From Epithemia pelagica (taxonomy: Eukaryota > Protista > Bacillariophyta): 64,000 bases of DNA. This document shows positions 21,015-31,325 of this stretch, one piece after another. Under the pieces are notes generated by a model that saw only the letters and a list, made by a program, of their open reading frames with translations, had not been told where the DNA came from and searched no databases. The stretch spans positions 62,001 to 126,000 of the forward strand of contig OX337241.1 in NCBI GenBank assembly GCA_946965045.2. Direction: 5' to 3'. The position numbers and the translations under genes are program-made. Position 1 is the first letter of the stretch. Each line of letters opens with the position of its first letter.

Positions 21015-22432
21015 CGTCATAGATCCATGGATAGTCGAACTTCTCAGATAGTATCGTCCATCCTTGTAGGCGTCGATTAGTTTTGAGTTGCTTTTTGAGG
21101 TACCCTGCTCTTTTGATAAGACGTAGAAGCTTCGTCGTTACACGAAGTGATGGACTGTCGTTAAGGAGGACTGCTTTGGTAACTGTCTCGTGAACGTCCG
21201 ATGTTGCAAACCATCTGGATGGATAGTCATGTTCGAGTAGGAATAAAATAAGATCATACAGACAGTGATGGTTTGCATGATAATCATAACCTGGATGAAT
21301 GAAATTCGGCAAACGAGTCCACTCTAAGACACAGGAAACCGTTTGTTTTGATACTTGTTCTTGTTTCCATTCGGGTATTGCGATTGTTGGGATAGATAGT
21401 GCAGGAGTGTCGTTGAGCAATGGCAAAAGACGATTCTTTGTCCCCAGGCGGGTGCCGACACACTTTCTTGGCATAAAAATAATGAGACCATGTCCCCATG
21501 TCTCGTTTGCATTGAGTCCCACGATTTTAGAAATGCATTTTTGGCGGCGTAGGGGAATTGTGTTTGAGTTCTTGTAAGACTCTGAAATAAGGTAAGGGAA
21601 CACTGCATTTGATTGTGGTTGTAACCCCACGAGCATCCAAAGATTTGTTTTTCCTTTCTAGGTAGATATCCCGTTTGTTGCCTGTAAGAATCATTCCACA
21701 CTTGCACCATTTCCCAACTGTAATATAAGTAACTTGATCCAAGAACCGCCTTGGTTTTTCCATGGTAAGTAGTACTTCTTCGGTACGAGCTCCAGTAAGA
21801 ATTTCGTCAACGATAATTCCAAATCCATGGTGGATGGAGAGATTGCCCAGTTTTTCCAAAAACCTATCGCTTAGTACACTCCCATTGGAGGCCAAGAGGA
21901 GTTCAAGGAATAGGACGGTAATCGGTTGGTCAATTGTCTTTTGATAAACACAACGCTTGTGCAATATTCGTAGACACAAATCTTCATAAGATTCGAGGCG
22001 ACGTTCTTTCATTATACCAGGTAGGTGGTACGGAAGTGGTGTTGTCCTATTTCGGCCAGATGTTGAAACATCTTGGCTTTGGGGACTGTAAATATAGGTA
22101 GGGCCCTCTTCAATTCTGAAATTCGCTGTGGACCAGCATTGCAAGGGTCCCAAGTCTCCCGATATGTAGCTCCCACATCCAACTAGGACACCATTTGTAT
22201 CGCCATTACTTAAACTTGTGATGGCAAACAAATTGGCATCAGAGCCGTTGGGAGTCAATTTCTCCAGACTGAAGAACCCGCGGGTGCATTGATGTATGAT
22301 GGAACGTAGTTCTGTTTCGGCGACTCGGTCGGATGAACATGAGTAATCGATGGCGCGGCGTTTGGTTGCTTGATGATTGCAGTCAATTAGAATGTAGGAT
22401 GCACCCCATTCATTCGCAAAGTCATCACCCAT
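20989..22432 (-). pseudogene. Class-III PLP-dependent aminotransferase-like cargo gene with a +1 frameshift near 21564
   Basis: Motifs in the correct order: TPNGSDAN (cf. SGSEA), GSYISG, LELLLASNG (cf. EPIQGEGG), IIVDEILTGAR (cf. DEVQTGFGR), YITVGK (PLP Lys), RGVTT, and after the frameshift WGHGL (cf. RGxGL). ORFs 21527..22561 and 20989..21636 overlap in different frames. ATG at 22432. Confidence 0.72.
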
Positions 22433-23274
22433 TATGAGGATCGTCCATTGACATATGAGAGAGAGAGAACAACACACGGAGAGACAACGAAAGAGAGTGA
22501 AGTATAATAAAAAAGGAATGAGACAGGATGCGAAAATGTGAGCGAAAAAAAAAATGAGCAAAGATGTGCTGTGTTAGTCTTAACGCCAGCAGAGTCTCGT
22601 ATTCTTATGTAACAATATGCAAGACCAAAAGGATCTACAAGCAAGACCAAATGGGAGCAAGGATGGTATATCTTGACTAGCGAAACAAGACTGAGTGAAG
22701 ATTGCGTGCTAACGGTAGATTTTCAAACAAATACAATTCATATTGGCAGGAAACTTTGGACAAATATAAATCGAAGGAATAGGATATGTAATACTATGCG
22801 AGTAAGACGAGTAGGATAAAGTAATCAGATTCTTTTATCATTGTTAATGGAATGATAGGGATTAGGATAGCTGTTCGAATATGAAAATGTCTTTCCAAAT
22901 ATCAAAATACAATATAGTTAAATGCAAGATGTTTCGGTAAAATATACAACGGGATGTTTCTGTTTGACCGTTGAGAATTAGAAATAATCTTGTATGTATC
23001 TTGTCGAAACATAAGAATACATACAAGCCTATACCAGGCAGGCCGGTATCCAACGGAAGATTCAAAAAAGACCCGTTGTCTCATTTTTTCAAACTTGTAA
23101 TATATATATATATATAGGATGAGAGAGTGAGAGAGAGACGAGAGACGATCGAGAGAGACAAGAGACAAGAGAGAGAGTGTGCTATATGATGATACACAGT
23201 AAGATACAAAAGAAAAGGGGGAATGGAACATAAAAAGGCTGTGTGAATGTTTTTTTATGTAATTACAGGAAACA

Positions 23275-24003
23275 ATGGCGAAAAGTCCGTATACATACTT
23301 CGTGTCGGAAACGACAATACCGGAGGCTGTTCCCAATCAAGCGATTTATTTCGTAATTGGTTTGGATTATCGTAAGAGATATTACAAGAATATGATGGTA
23401 AAGGCACTCGAGGCAGTTGGAGAAACAATTAAGAAGTCCGATTTTATAGAAGAGACAGATGAGGAGATGAAGTGCTTCGGGTACCCGACGTATAAAGTGA
23501 AAAAGAAGGCACCGAAAGAAGGTTTGGTTTTAGCCCAACGATACTTTCATAATCTTGGGTACAGGCCGCATACAATGGACTCGTTTGTGCAAATATACGA
23601 TTTGTGGAGGATGCGGAGTCTTTATCTCATTGTTTTGCAAGGTAAAGTGGTCTCGAAGATGTGTATTCTACATCAGGAAATCTTTACCTACGACGAGAAG
23701 GCAAATATCATGACAATTGCAAAATGTAATGAAGAAATCAATGGATATCCTCCAGAGGCAATGAAAGTAATGGATGTATCGGTGGAAACGCCTTTTGTTG
23801 CTGTGACAGTGTATGGGTTGGATAAAGAAGGTACGTATGATAGTAACTTCTGTGCCATATACACGTTGCCAAAGAAGAAGAACGGTGAAATAATAGATAC
23901 AACGGGAGACCATAATGATCACGATGACAACAACAAAGAGAACGACGATAATAACAAAGGAGATGACAACGATATTACAGCGATGACAACGACGACAAAA
24001 TGA
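23275..24003 (+). CDS. Hypothetical 242-aa protein inside the transposon (orphan cargo)
   Basis: Intact ATG-to-TGA ORF in AT-rich sequence, protein-like composition with an acidic D/N tail. No family recognised. An acceptor-like TTACAG just upstream allows for an additional 5' exon. Confidence 0.65.
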   Translation: MAKSPYTYFVSETTIPEAVPNQAIYFVIGLDYRKRYYKNMMVKALEAVGETIKKSDFIEETDEEMKCFGYPTYKVKKKAPKEGLVLAQRYFHNLGYRPHTMDSFVQIYDLWRMRSLYLIVLQGKVVSKMCILHQEIFTYDEKANIMTIAKCNEEINGYPPEAMKVMDVSVETPFVAVTVYGLDKEGTYDSNFCAIYTLPKKKNGEIIDTTGDHNDHDDNNKENDDNNKGDDNDITAMTTTTK

Positions 24004-24051
24004 CGAGAGAGAGAGAGAGATGTGACGAGAGATGAGAGAGAGAGAGATGAG
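24003..24051. repeat. Interrupted (GA)n tract just inside the right subterminal region
   Basis: gagagagagagagatgtgacgagagatgagagagagagatgaga. Confidence 0.85.
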
Positions 24052-24070
24052 AATTGGTAAAATGCTGAAT

Positions 24071-24310
24071 CAGTTCATGGTGAACTGAATATCAGACAAA
24101 CAGTTGATGTGAACTGTGGAAAGAGTAAAACAGTTGAGTAAAATAAATCAGTCTGCATACAGTTGACGATAAACAGAATAAACTTCAAACAGTTGATAAC
24201 AGTGATTAAATATGAACGGTCAACCTCTGATGTTATACAGTTGAGAAATGACTGATTATTTCTTAGACAGTTCAGATTTGTGAAATTCAGTTCGGATCTG
24301 AAGTGCAGTG
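24071..24310. repeat. Right subterminal repeat array plus TIR
   Basis: CAGTT(G/C) at 24071, 24101, 24131, 24160, 24190, 24238, 24268 and 24288; the element ends ...GAAGTGCAGTG. Confidence 0.88.
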
Positions 24311-24837
24311 GTGCCATTCGACGACATGTTGTTGAGGGAGAGAGAACACTTCCCCTTCGTTTTTCCGCATGGGTGATGTGGCGTCTTTGTTGTGATTGGT
24401 TGGGTTACTTAAGATTTGTCCCTGCCATGTTTTCTGACATCAGGAATGACGTATTTCGCGTGGGGCTTGTTCCCCTTCGAGCGACCGAAAAGGTCATAAT
24501 TCAAACTTTCAAGCTGGACCAATGGCCCCGACGGAGAAATGACAGGGCCATTGATAAAAAAGACTTTTGGATCAAAGCCTCTTATTTTAGCCAGGCGAGC
24601 GTGGCTCAATGGAACATTAGGAAGAAGAAAGAGTCGGGTAGCATGGATAGGTCTCCTCCATGGTGCCAATCGAGATACCTATCCATCCATGATTGTTGGA
24701 AGAAACCGAAGTCCATGAGATGATATGTCCCTCTTTTGTGGTTTAGTAATTTACAATTCAGTAGTCTGTTTCTCTCTCTATATATATCCAAAATTTCCCA
24801 ATAGTCTTCTTGTAGAGACTCCCCACCCCTAGCTGGA

Positions 24838-25824
24838 CTAGGCCGCCGCCGGCAGGTTGTATTGCGCTTGGGCCAAGAGTTGGGCCATGAGGACATGAGC
24901 TTGTGTCACTTGTCGACAACAATTGCGAAATTCCAACCGCAATGCCTCGGCATCGGTCCACAATCCCTGTTGGTGTTCGGTTTGAATGACCGCCACCAAT
25001 TCTTGGACCGATTCGCGGCGTTCCTTGGCATCCAAAAACAAGGTGGCCGACAAGTAATGTTCCAAGCCAATCAATTCAATGCCACCTCCAAACTTTCTGA
25101 GGTACAATTTGGACAATTTCTTGTTGGACAGTTTGGGGATTTGCGAGGCATTGTCCAAGACGTAATTCACCGTCTTGGTCTTGCGCAACAAGCCTTCCAA
25201 ACTCGTGACAAAGTGCAAGGGACTGGCCTTGTTGGTGGTGGTAGCATTCTCCTCTTGATGGTCGTCTTGCTCTTGTTGTCGTTGTTGTTGCTGTTGCTGT
25301 TTTTGTTCGTCCAAGAGTCGAATTTTGGTTTTGGAGACGAGAATTTTTAAATTGTCCCGCATGACGGCATAATCCTCATCGGAATACCACGTTTTGCGAC
25401 AATCCTTAACCAAATTCTTGCGCTTCTTGTCGGCATGGTATTGATTCATGGTTTCGTTGAAGCGAACACTCTTGGGAATGGGGGTACTAGACGTTTTCTT
25501 GGAGGACTTGCTGCTGCTGCTGTTGGACTTTTTTGTTTTGGTACTCTTTTTGCTGCTGAGACTCGTGGTGCTGTCCGACGAGAGACTGGTCGCCGCCGTA
25601 TCTCCCGAGGCCAAACTCCAACTGGAATTGGACTTGGTAAAGGGTTTGGATCGGGGTCTCTTGCTCGTAGTCTTGTTGTTGTTGTTGTCGGATTTACTAT
25701 CGACGGTGGATTTGGACTTTTTGGTTTTGCCCGCCTTGGGCATGCAAGGAGGAGGAGGCAAGTCGGGTTGTTCGTCTTGGGTGGACGTTGCCGAGCGAGA
25801 AATGGATGTGCGTTTGAACAACAT
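24838..25824 (-). CDS. Uncharacterised protein of an SVRF...WY...GLE motif family (paralog 1)
   Basis: KSVRFNE...TWYSDEDY...IGLEHYLS...CCRQVTQ. S/K-rich N-terminus. ATG at 25824 (MLFKR). Confidence 0.8.
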   Translation of the reverse strand: MLFKRTSISRSATSTQDEQPDLPPPPCMPKAGKTKKSKSTVDSKSDNNNNKTTSKRPRSKPFTKSNSSWSLASGDTAATSLSSDSTTSLSSKKSTKTKKSNSSSSKSSKKTSSTPIPKSVRFNETMNQYHADKKRKNLVKDCRKTWYSDEDYAVMRDNLKILVSKTKIRLLDEQKQQQQQQRQQEQDDHQEENATTTNKASPLHFVTSLEGLLRKTKTVNYVLDNASQIPKLSNKKLSKLYLRKFGGGIELIGLEHYLSATLFLDAKERRESVQELVAVIQTEHQQGLWTDAEALRLEFRNCCRQVTQAHVLMAQLLAQAQYNLPAAA

Positions 25825-28198
25825 GGTAAATCGATGAATGTGCCAACGGGAGAATGCTTTGTTTTTTGGAAACACACAAGACAAACTACGACTGGACCAC
25901 CCCAAACACAAAATTATGAACCAACCATCCAATGTGCGAGTGCACAATCGTTCCTTCTCGTTCCGAATGTGCGTGGTTGGTCCCAAACTGCATGATTGGT
26001 TGGGTCAGTCCCAGCAAATCCAACCTTTTCCAGTGAAAGCACGGCGCCTCGCGTTGGCCGGCAGTCATCCACTCACTGTATTGTATTGCCCCCATGACAA
26101 CAATTGGTAGAGGAGTTAGCCCCCAAAGGTTCCAGTGAATTCCAAAAGCCTGCAGAAGAAGGCAGAAAGAAATTTAGCTGCAATGGGGGTCATTCTCTTT
26201 TCCTGCGTACCTACTCCTGGTGACTTTTACTTTGGGGCTTTCCTCTTTCCTCAACACGCACAAGCCAATGAGGATCCAAACCCCAAAGACCATGCTGCCT
26301 GTTAGAGAGACCATCCAAAACAGTTTAGATGGCATCCTATCAGTGGAATGCCGCAGCATCTCTTTCGATCCCACGAGGATACACACACGCGCGCGCTGGG
26401 ATGCCGCCCACACAGAGCAACCATCCACAATCATCCAGTCAAGCAAGCAACAACTCGTGCCTCTCGCGCTCTGCCTCTTTCTCAAGACATGCAGCACACA
26501 CACGCACTCTCTGGAGCAAGCAATTCATATATTATCTGACTCTGAAATCTCTCATGTGTACACCGTAGTGTACTAGCTAGACATGTCACGGTCACGTCTT
26601 GGTACCATTGTCAGCGTCTGAAAAATAAAGGAGTACGACTGCGCCCAAACCCCTTCCAAGTCGTTCGAGTCGAGGCTGCTTCTGCATCCTTGTAAACTAG
26701 GCAGGTAGATCCCCAAGAACACACACAAGACGGGCTGCCTACCTACCTCGAAAAAAAAAGAGAGTCGCCACTCGATACCTCTCATCCAGGAAGCCAGCAT
26801 CCCACACTGTTCTACCTATAGACGATTCTGGACTCAAGTGCTGGTTGTTGTGGTTGTGCTCTTCTCTCCCTGTTTCCAGAGACCCAATCTTGGGCATATC
26901 TGCAATACAACCGTTCGAGGGAGATTCTACATTCCATCTCAAGAAGAGTCCAACACCTACGGTAGTAACTACTCGTGAGATCCGCTTGTGTGCACACAGC
27001 CAGTATCTCAAACGTTTAGCGCAGAGGCCTCGTTTCGTTCGGCTTCCTTGTGTGTGTGTGCTTTTGGTGCGGTGATGATTCTCATTCGGTAGAGACGGAC
27101 TGGGTGTTGGTTGTTTGTTTCCAGATATGCGCTCTCGTGGATGTGGGGCGTCTCTGGAATGACGCGCGCAAGTACTAGAGGTAGTAGTAACGACACACAC
27201 ACATGCCTTGCCATGCGAATCGCCGCCAACCAAAATGGCAGCCAACAGTTCAAGGTCCAACCATTCACGAAAACAACTAAACATGCACAACAAAAACAAC
27301 ACCCCCCTGTCTCGAGTAGTCAACCAGTCGTGTTGTTTCATCTTGGACTAGGTAGAAAGAGACGAATGATCGCACTACCGTACGGAGGAAGAGAGGGAAT
27401 AGGACTAGCTAGTAGTTCTCCGACCATTTGAAGATGGATCATGATAAAATGTGATGATGAGTTGGTTCTAATCTCTCGACGCCCCGACGCCATGATGGTT
27501 GTCGTCCGAAAGCGCATCTCCTTATGGCCCTTTTGGCTGGCAGCGGCTTTACGGTAGTAGCGAAGCAAAATCTCTCCGTTGTAGCTAAAGTGTCGTCGTC
27601 GGCGTGGATTTGTGTAGTATCATCGTCCCACGAACCATCACCATGGCCAAAGAATGGGCCCCTCGACTTTGTGAGGCTATCATTCACTCACTCGTATTCG
27701 TGATTTGTGCGCCAAAAGAATTGCCCCAAAAAGGTCGCGTTCCACGACTATTGCCTCCTTTAATTTGAATCATGGACCTGCCGGCTTGATTCACGAACAA
27801 AATGGTTGGTGGGTCACGAGTCTACGACTGGAACTATTTTAAATCATGTACGATTTCTGTAGAGGGCAATGCAAAGTGGGACACGCCAGAGGAGTCCCCA
27901 ACGCGTCTGCACGCACATGTGGTAGGCTCTTTCTCTCATGTTTTCCCGATTACAAACACACACACTTCAGCTCCCCGAGTTGCTCCCTCCTCCTCTTGGA
28001 TACACCTCTTTTTTGTGTTGTTGTGTGTGCCGCAACAGCACAAGAAGAAGAAGAAGAAGAAGAAGAAATACATTCTATACCTACGATTAGTAATATTCAT
28101 CGTTGCTGCTCGACCGAATAGACACTACATTGTTTCTGTTTCAATAAAAAAACTCGCGCAGTCTCTTTCATCATTCCTCTAATACAATCCTCATCATC

Positions 28199-29218
28199 AT
28201 GCCCACCACCACCGCCACTACCCACCAATCGGCTCTTCTCTTGGTGCCACCTCGAGATGATGCATCGTCCAACCATCATCATAATACTAATGAGCATGAT
28301 GATTATGATGACGGTTCCTCGTTGGAATCCACTCGTTGCGTTCATGCCGACGACGACGACAAGCCATGCTCCACGAATCATATCCTACCACAAGCACCCA
28401 TCACTCCAAAACAATCCAAAAAGTCGGTGCGCTTTTGTCCTGACGACCAGAATTGCATTCATGCCATGCCGGATTGTGTCGTTGATGAAGACGACCATGA
28501 CAGGATTTGGTATTCCCCCGACGAATTGAGCAGTTTCAAACGTCGCGCGCAACGCATGGCCGATCGGATTCAAGACAAGACAAAGTGGTTGCCCCAGGAT
28601 CATGAGCAATCGCCCCACCAATTTCTCTCGGCCCTGGAACATCTCGTGAACCAGTGCACACAGCATCAGGAGCAACAACAAGCACAGCAAGAAGCCGAAC
28701 AAGAAGAAGAAGAAGATGAACAAGAACAACCAGAGGAAGAACAACACGGAGATGCACGACAAGAACAACCACAACCACAACAACAACATGAAGAACAACA
28801 CGAAAAAGATCCATTCACTCTTCCGCCCTTTGTCCAACCATTATTGGACCGTTTGGTTCAATGGTATGCCTTGGCCAATCCACAACAACAAGAGGATGGT
28901 CCATCATTGTTATCCATGAGCAGTCATGACAGCAGTCATGCTTCTTCTTCCAGTCCGACCAAGACGAGTTTGCCCTTGGAATGCATTGGATTGGAAGGCT
29001 TTGTCTCGACCGTGTGGAGTCGCGATGCCGCCCAGCGACGACGCGCCATTTGTCGTGTGGTCCATCATATCACGGAGGAATACGAGTTGGGCTTTTGGAC
29101 AGCCGACGAATTGCCTGCGGGCTATCAAACGTGTTGTCGCCGCATTTCTCAAGTCCCTGCCATTATGGCGCATATCGTGGCTCTGGCGCAATGGCAAGCA
29201 TCTTCGTTCGACTACTAG
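28199..29218 (+). CDS. Uncharacterised protein of the same SVRF...WY...GLE family (paralog 2)
   Basis: KSVRFCP...IWYSPDEL...IGLEGFVS...CCRRISQ; collinear with the protein at 24838..25824. Confidence 0.82.
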   Translation: MPTTTATTHQSALLLVPPRDDASSNHHHNTNEHDDYDDGSSLESTRCVHADDDDKPCSTNHILPQAPITPKQSKKSVRFCPDDQNCIHAMPDCVVDEDDHDRIWYSPDELSSFKRRAQRMADRIQDKTKWLPQDHEQSPHQFLSALEHLVNQCTQHQEQQQAQQEAEQEEEEDEQEQPEEEQHGDARQEQPQPQQQHEEQHEKDPFTLPPFVQPLLDRLVQWYALANPQQQEDGPSLLSMSSHDSSHASSSSPTKTSLPLECIGLEGFVSTVWSRDAAQRRRAICRVVHHITEEYELGFWTADELPAGYQTCCRRISQVPAIMAHIVALAQWQASSFDY

Positions 29219-30327
29219 AGCGACAACAAGGAGACTCTGGGATACAAGTGTGTGAGCACGTCGTACGGGGATACGGCAGACGCACATACCCAACAAGAAA
29301 GGACCTGTGGAGTCCTTGTCGTCGGAACCAGTCCGACGAATGGGGATGATTGCGACGACACGTCGATTCGGTTCTACCAACTAGTGCGCGGAACTGGGCC
29401 GTGAATTCTCTCTCTCTCTCCTTTCTTTTGTATCCACGGTAGGATGATTTGGGGTTTGTGTGTTGTGGATCAAGCGAGGGAGACAATGCTACGCGAAAAC
29501 GACAGCGCCATTCGGAATGTCTGATAGAGAGAGGGGTGTATCTTATAGCCTTTTGGGAATTGGCATGTATAGTAGCTAGTCCTTTCTATACACTCTCTCC
29601 AGAAGACGACCTAGTGTATTCCTACTTCGACCTGTTTCTGTAGCCATTTTACTCCACACCGCAACCGAAGAGTTTCGTGTCGTACAATACTGTATGGGCA
29701 TTCGGGAGTTTTATGCATGCCGAATCTATTATTTTATCGTTCCGAACTATAGAAGAGAGTGTGGAATGCCTCGTCGTCGTGTTGTTGCTTCTTCCAACTA
29801 GGTTTTAGGCACTCTCGTTGGGGATATGGATACATGCTGCCAAGTACTGCAGCAAATACAGTCCTCTCTCTCTCTCTTTACGGATTCCAAGGTATTCCAA
29901 GGTTGAAGGTCCCTTCTACCTCTAGTAGAGAGCGAGAGAGAGAGGTATTGAGCTTTGTCTTGTGTGTTGGGAGTAGTAGTTCGCCTCCATTCGTTCCTCT
30001 AGCAGTCGGAGTACATATGATGTGTGTGCGCTTATGTATAAGTAGTTGGAACCAGGCCCACAATCCATGGTTCGTTCCATTATTTCCCCTGCCATGATGA
30101 ACTGGAGGACTCCTATCGTATTGTGTATTCCAAGCAGGGCGATTTTTGCGAGCATCACAGAATCTCTAGGTCATGTGCTGCTGCTCGACCACTAACACTG
30201 AGCTAGCTAGAGATGAGTCCTTCAACTCCCTTTCTAGGTAGAGTATTTCGATCGAACGACAATGGTAGTGCCGGCATTCAACTCGATGAAGATAGTAGAT
30301 CCTTGGACTGTGGCTGACCTCTATCAC

Positions 30328-31325
30328 TTAGTAGAGACCCAACAGCATCATGGCCACTCCAATCCCCAACACCATTGAGAACGGATTGATGGACAGTGTC
30401 ACACTCGCAGCCGACAACAAGGAGGTCTGGTTGTTGTTGTTGGCGGACAAGGACGACTGGAACAATGCCTCGAATTCCGTCCGTGTAACACAAGTATCGG
30501 CTCCACTCTCTTCTCGAATGTGTTGGGCCAAATCGGGACTGACTACCAAAGTAGCTCCGAAAAACAAGTTGACAAAGTCGACCACATTGTCTGCCATGAC
30601 ACAGATATTATCCAAAGAAGCTTCACTGCCCTCGGCGCCAGTTGCAGCACCAGTACAGGCCACCACATCATTGAACAAAATCTCTCCGGATTGTCCTGTC
30701 GGGAATTGGATATGCTCCATTTCCCAAGCATCAATGGAGCCATCCTTGTTGGTATCAATAAATTCAATCGCATCTTGGATCAATCCATCCATATCCAGTC
30801 CATCTTGACTTGCTGAATCATCCACAAGGCCGGACAACAATGACGTGTAGAGAGACTGGAGTATATCGGTCGAGAACGCTCGCCGAGTCTCCATACGAGT
30901 AACAACGTCTTCCAAGGTTTGAGATCTACTTGTGTCAAAGAAGCACCATTGGGAGTGTTGTCGTCCTTCTTGTCTGGTACTTGAGATTGGCCTCCTTTCT
31001 GAGACGTGAGGAGAAAGCACTTGTAGGTCTTGTCTGTTTCTTCTGGAACAGCCGTCAAGGTACGCCCAAGGTCCAATTGTCCGACCACCAATCCGACAAG
31101 CAGCAACACAATCGCAAGCCCCAGAAAGACCAGAAAGAACTTGAACCGAGGAGGTTTTTCGGGACTTGGTGCAGGTTGTTGTGGACGTTTCGCGGCAATA
31201 TTGACCAAATTTAAAACATCCGCACGGAACGGAACCTGATCACCAGTATTCATAGGATTGAGAGTGTTGACATCGAATTCGTACACCGTCCCGTCACCAG
31301 CCAATGCATAGAGAACTTGATTCAT
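30328..31325 (-). CDS. Membrane/surface protein with one EF-hand and a hydrophobic C-terminal tail; frame change between two ORFs
   Basis: The upstream frame (ATG 31325) has a TM segment FFLVFLGLAIVLLLVGLVVG. The downstream frame has the EF-hand loop DTNKDGSIDAWE and a GPI-signal-like tail. The two are joined either by a 65-nt intron (31063-30999, GTACCT...CTCAG) or by a frameshift. Confidence 0.55.

Larger units (their letters stand above)
13867..24310. mobile_element. CMC-superfamily (CACTA/EnSpm-like) DNA transposon, 10,444 bp, CACTG termini, 2-bp TSD (GT), four internal genes
   Basis: Left end CACTGCAACTCAAATCCATACTGAAT (13867) versus reverse complement of the right end CACTGCACTTCAGATCCGAACTGAAT (24310): 21/26 identical. 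GT flanks both sides (13865-66, 24311-12). CAGTT(G/C)A subterminal arrays at both ends, an internal DDE transposase, and visibly more AT-rich sequence than the flanking host genes. Confidence 0.9.

Noticed and set aside
24071-24300. CRISPR array suggested by roughly 30-bp periodicity
   Set aside because: The repeated core is only 6-7 bp and abuts a transposon TIR, so subterminal repeats explain it better.
13867-24310. Alternative classification as hAT, MULE, Helitron or LTR element
   Set aside because: The TSD is 2 bp (not 8-11 bp), termini are CACTG, and no RT/integrase or Rep/helicase motifs are present.
26174-27700. Several 60-200-aa ORFs between the divergent paralogs
   Set aside because: No motifs, CA/TAG-rich intergenic-like composition and conflicting frames; treated as shared promoter or UTR sequence.
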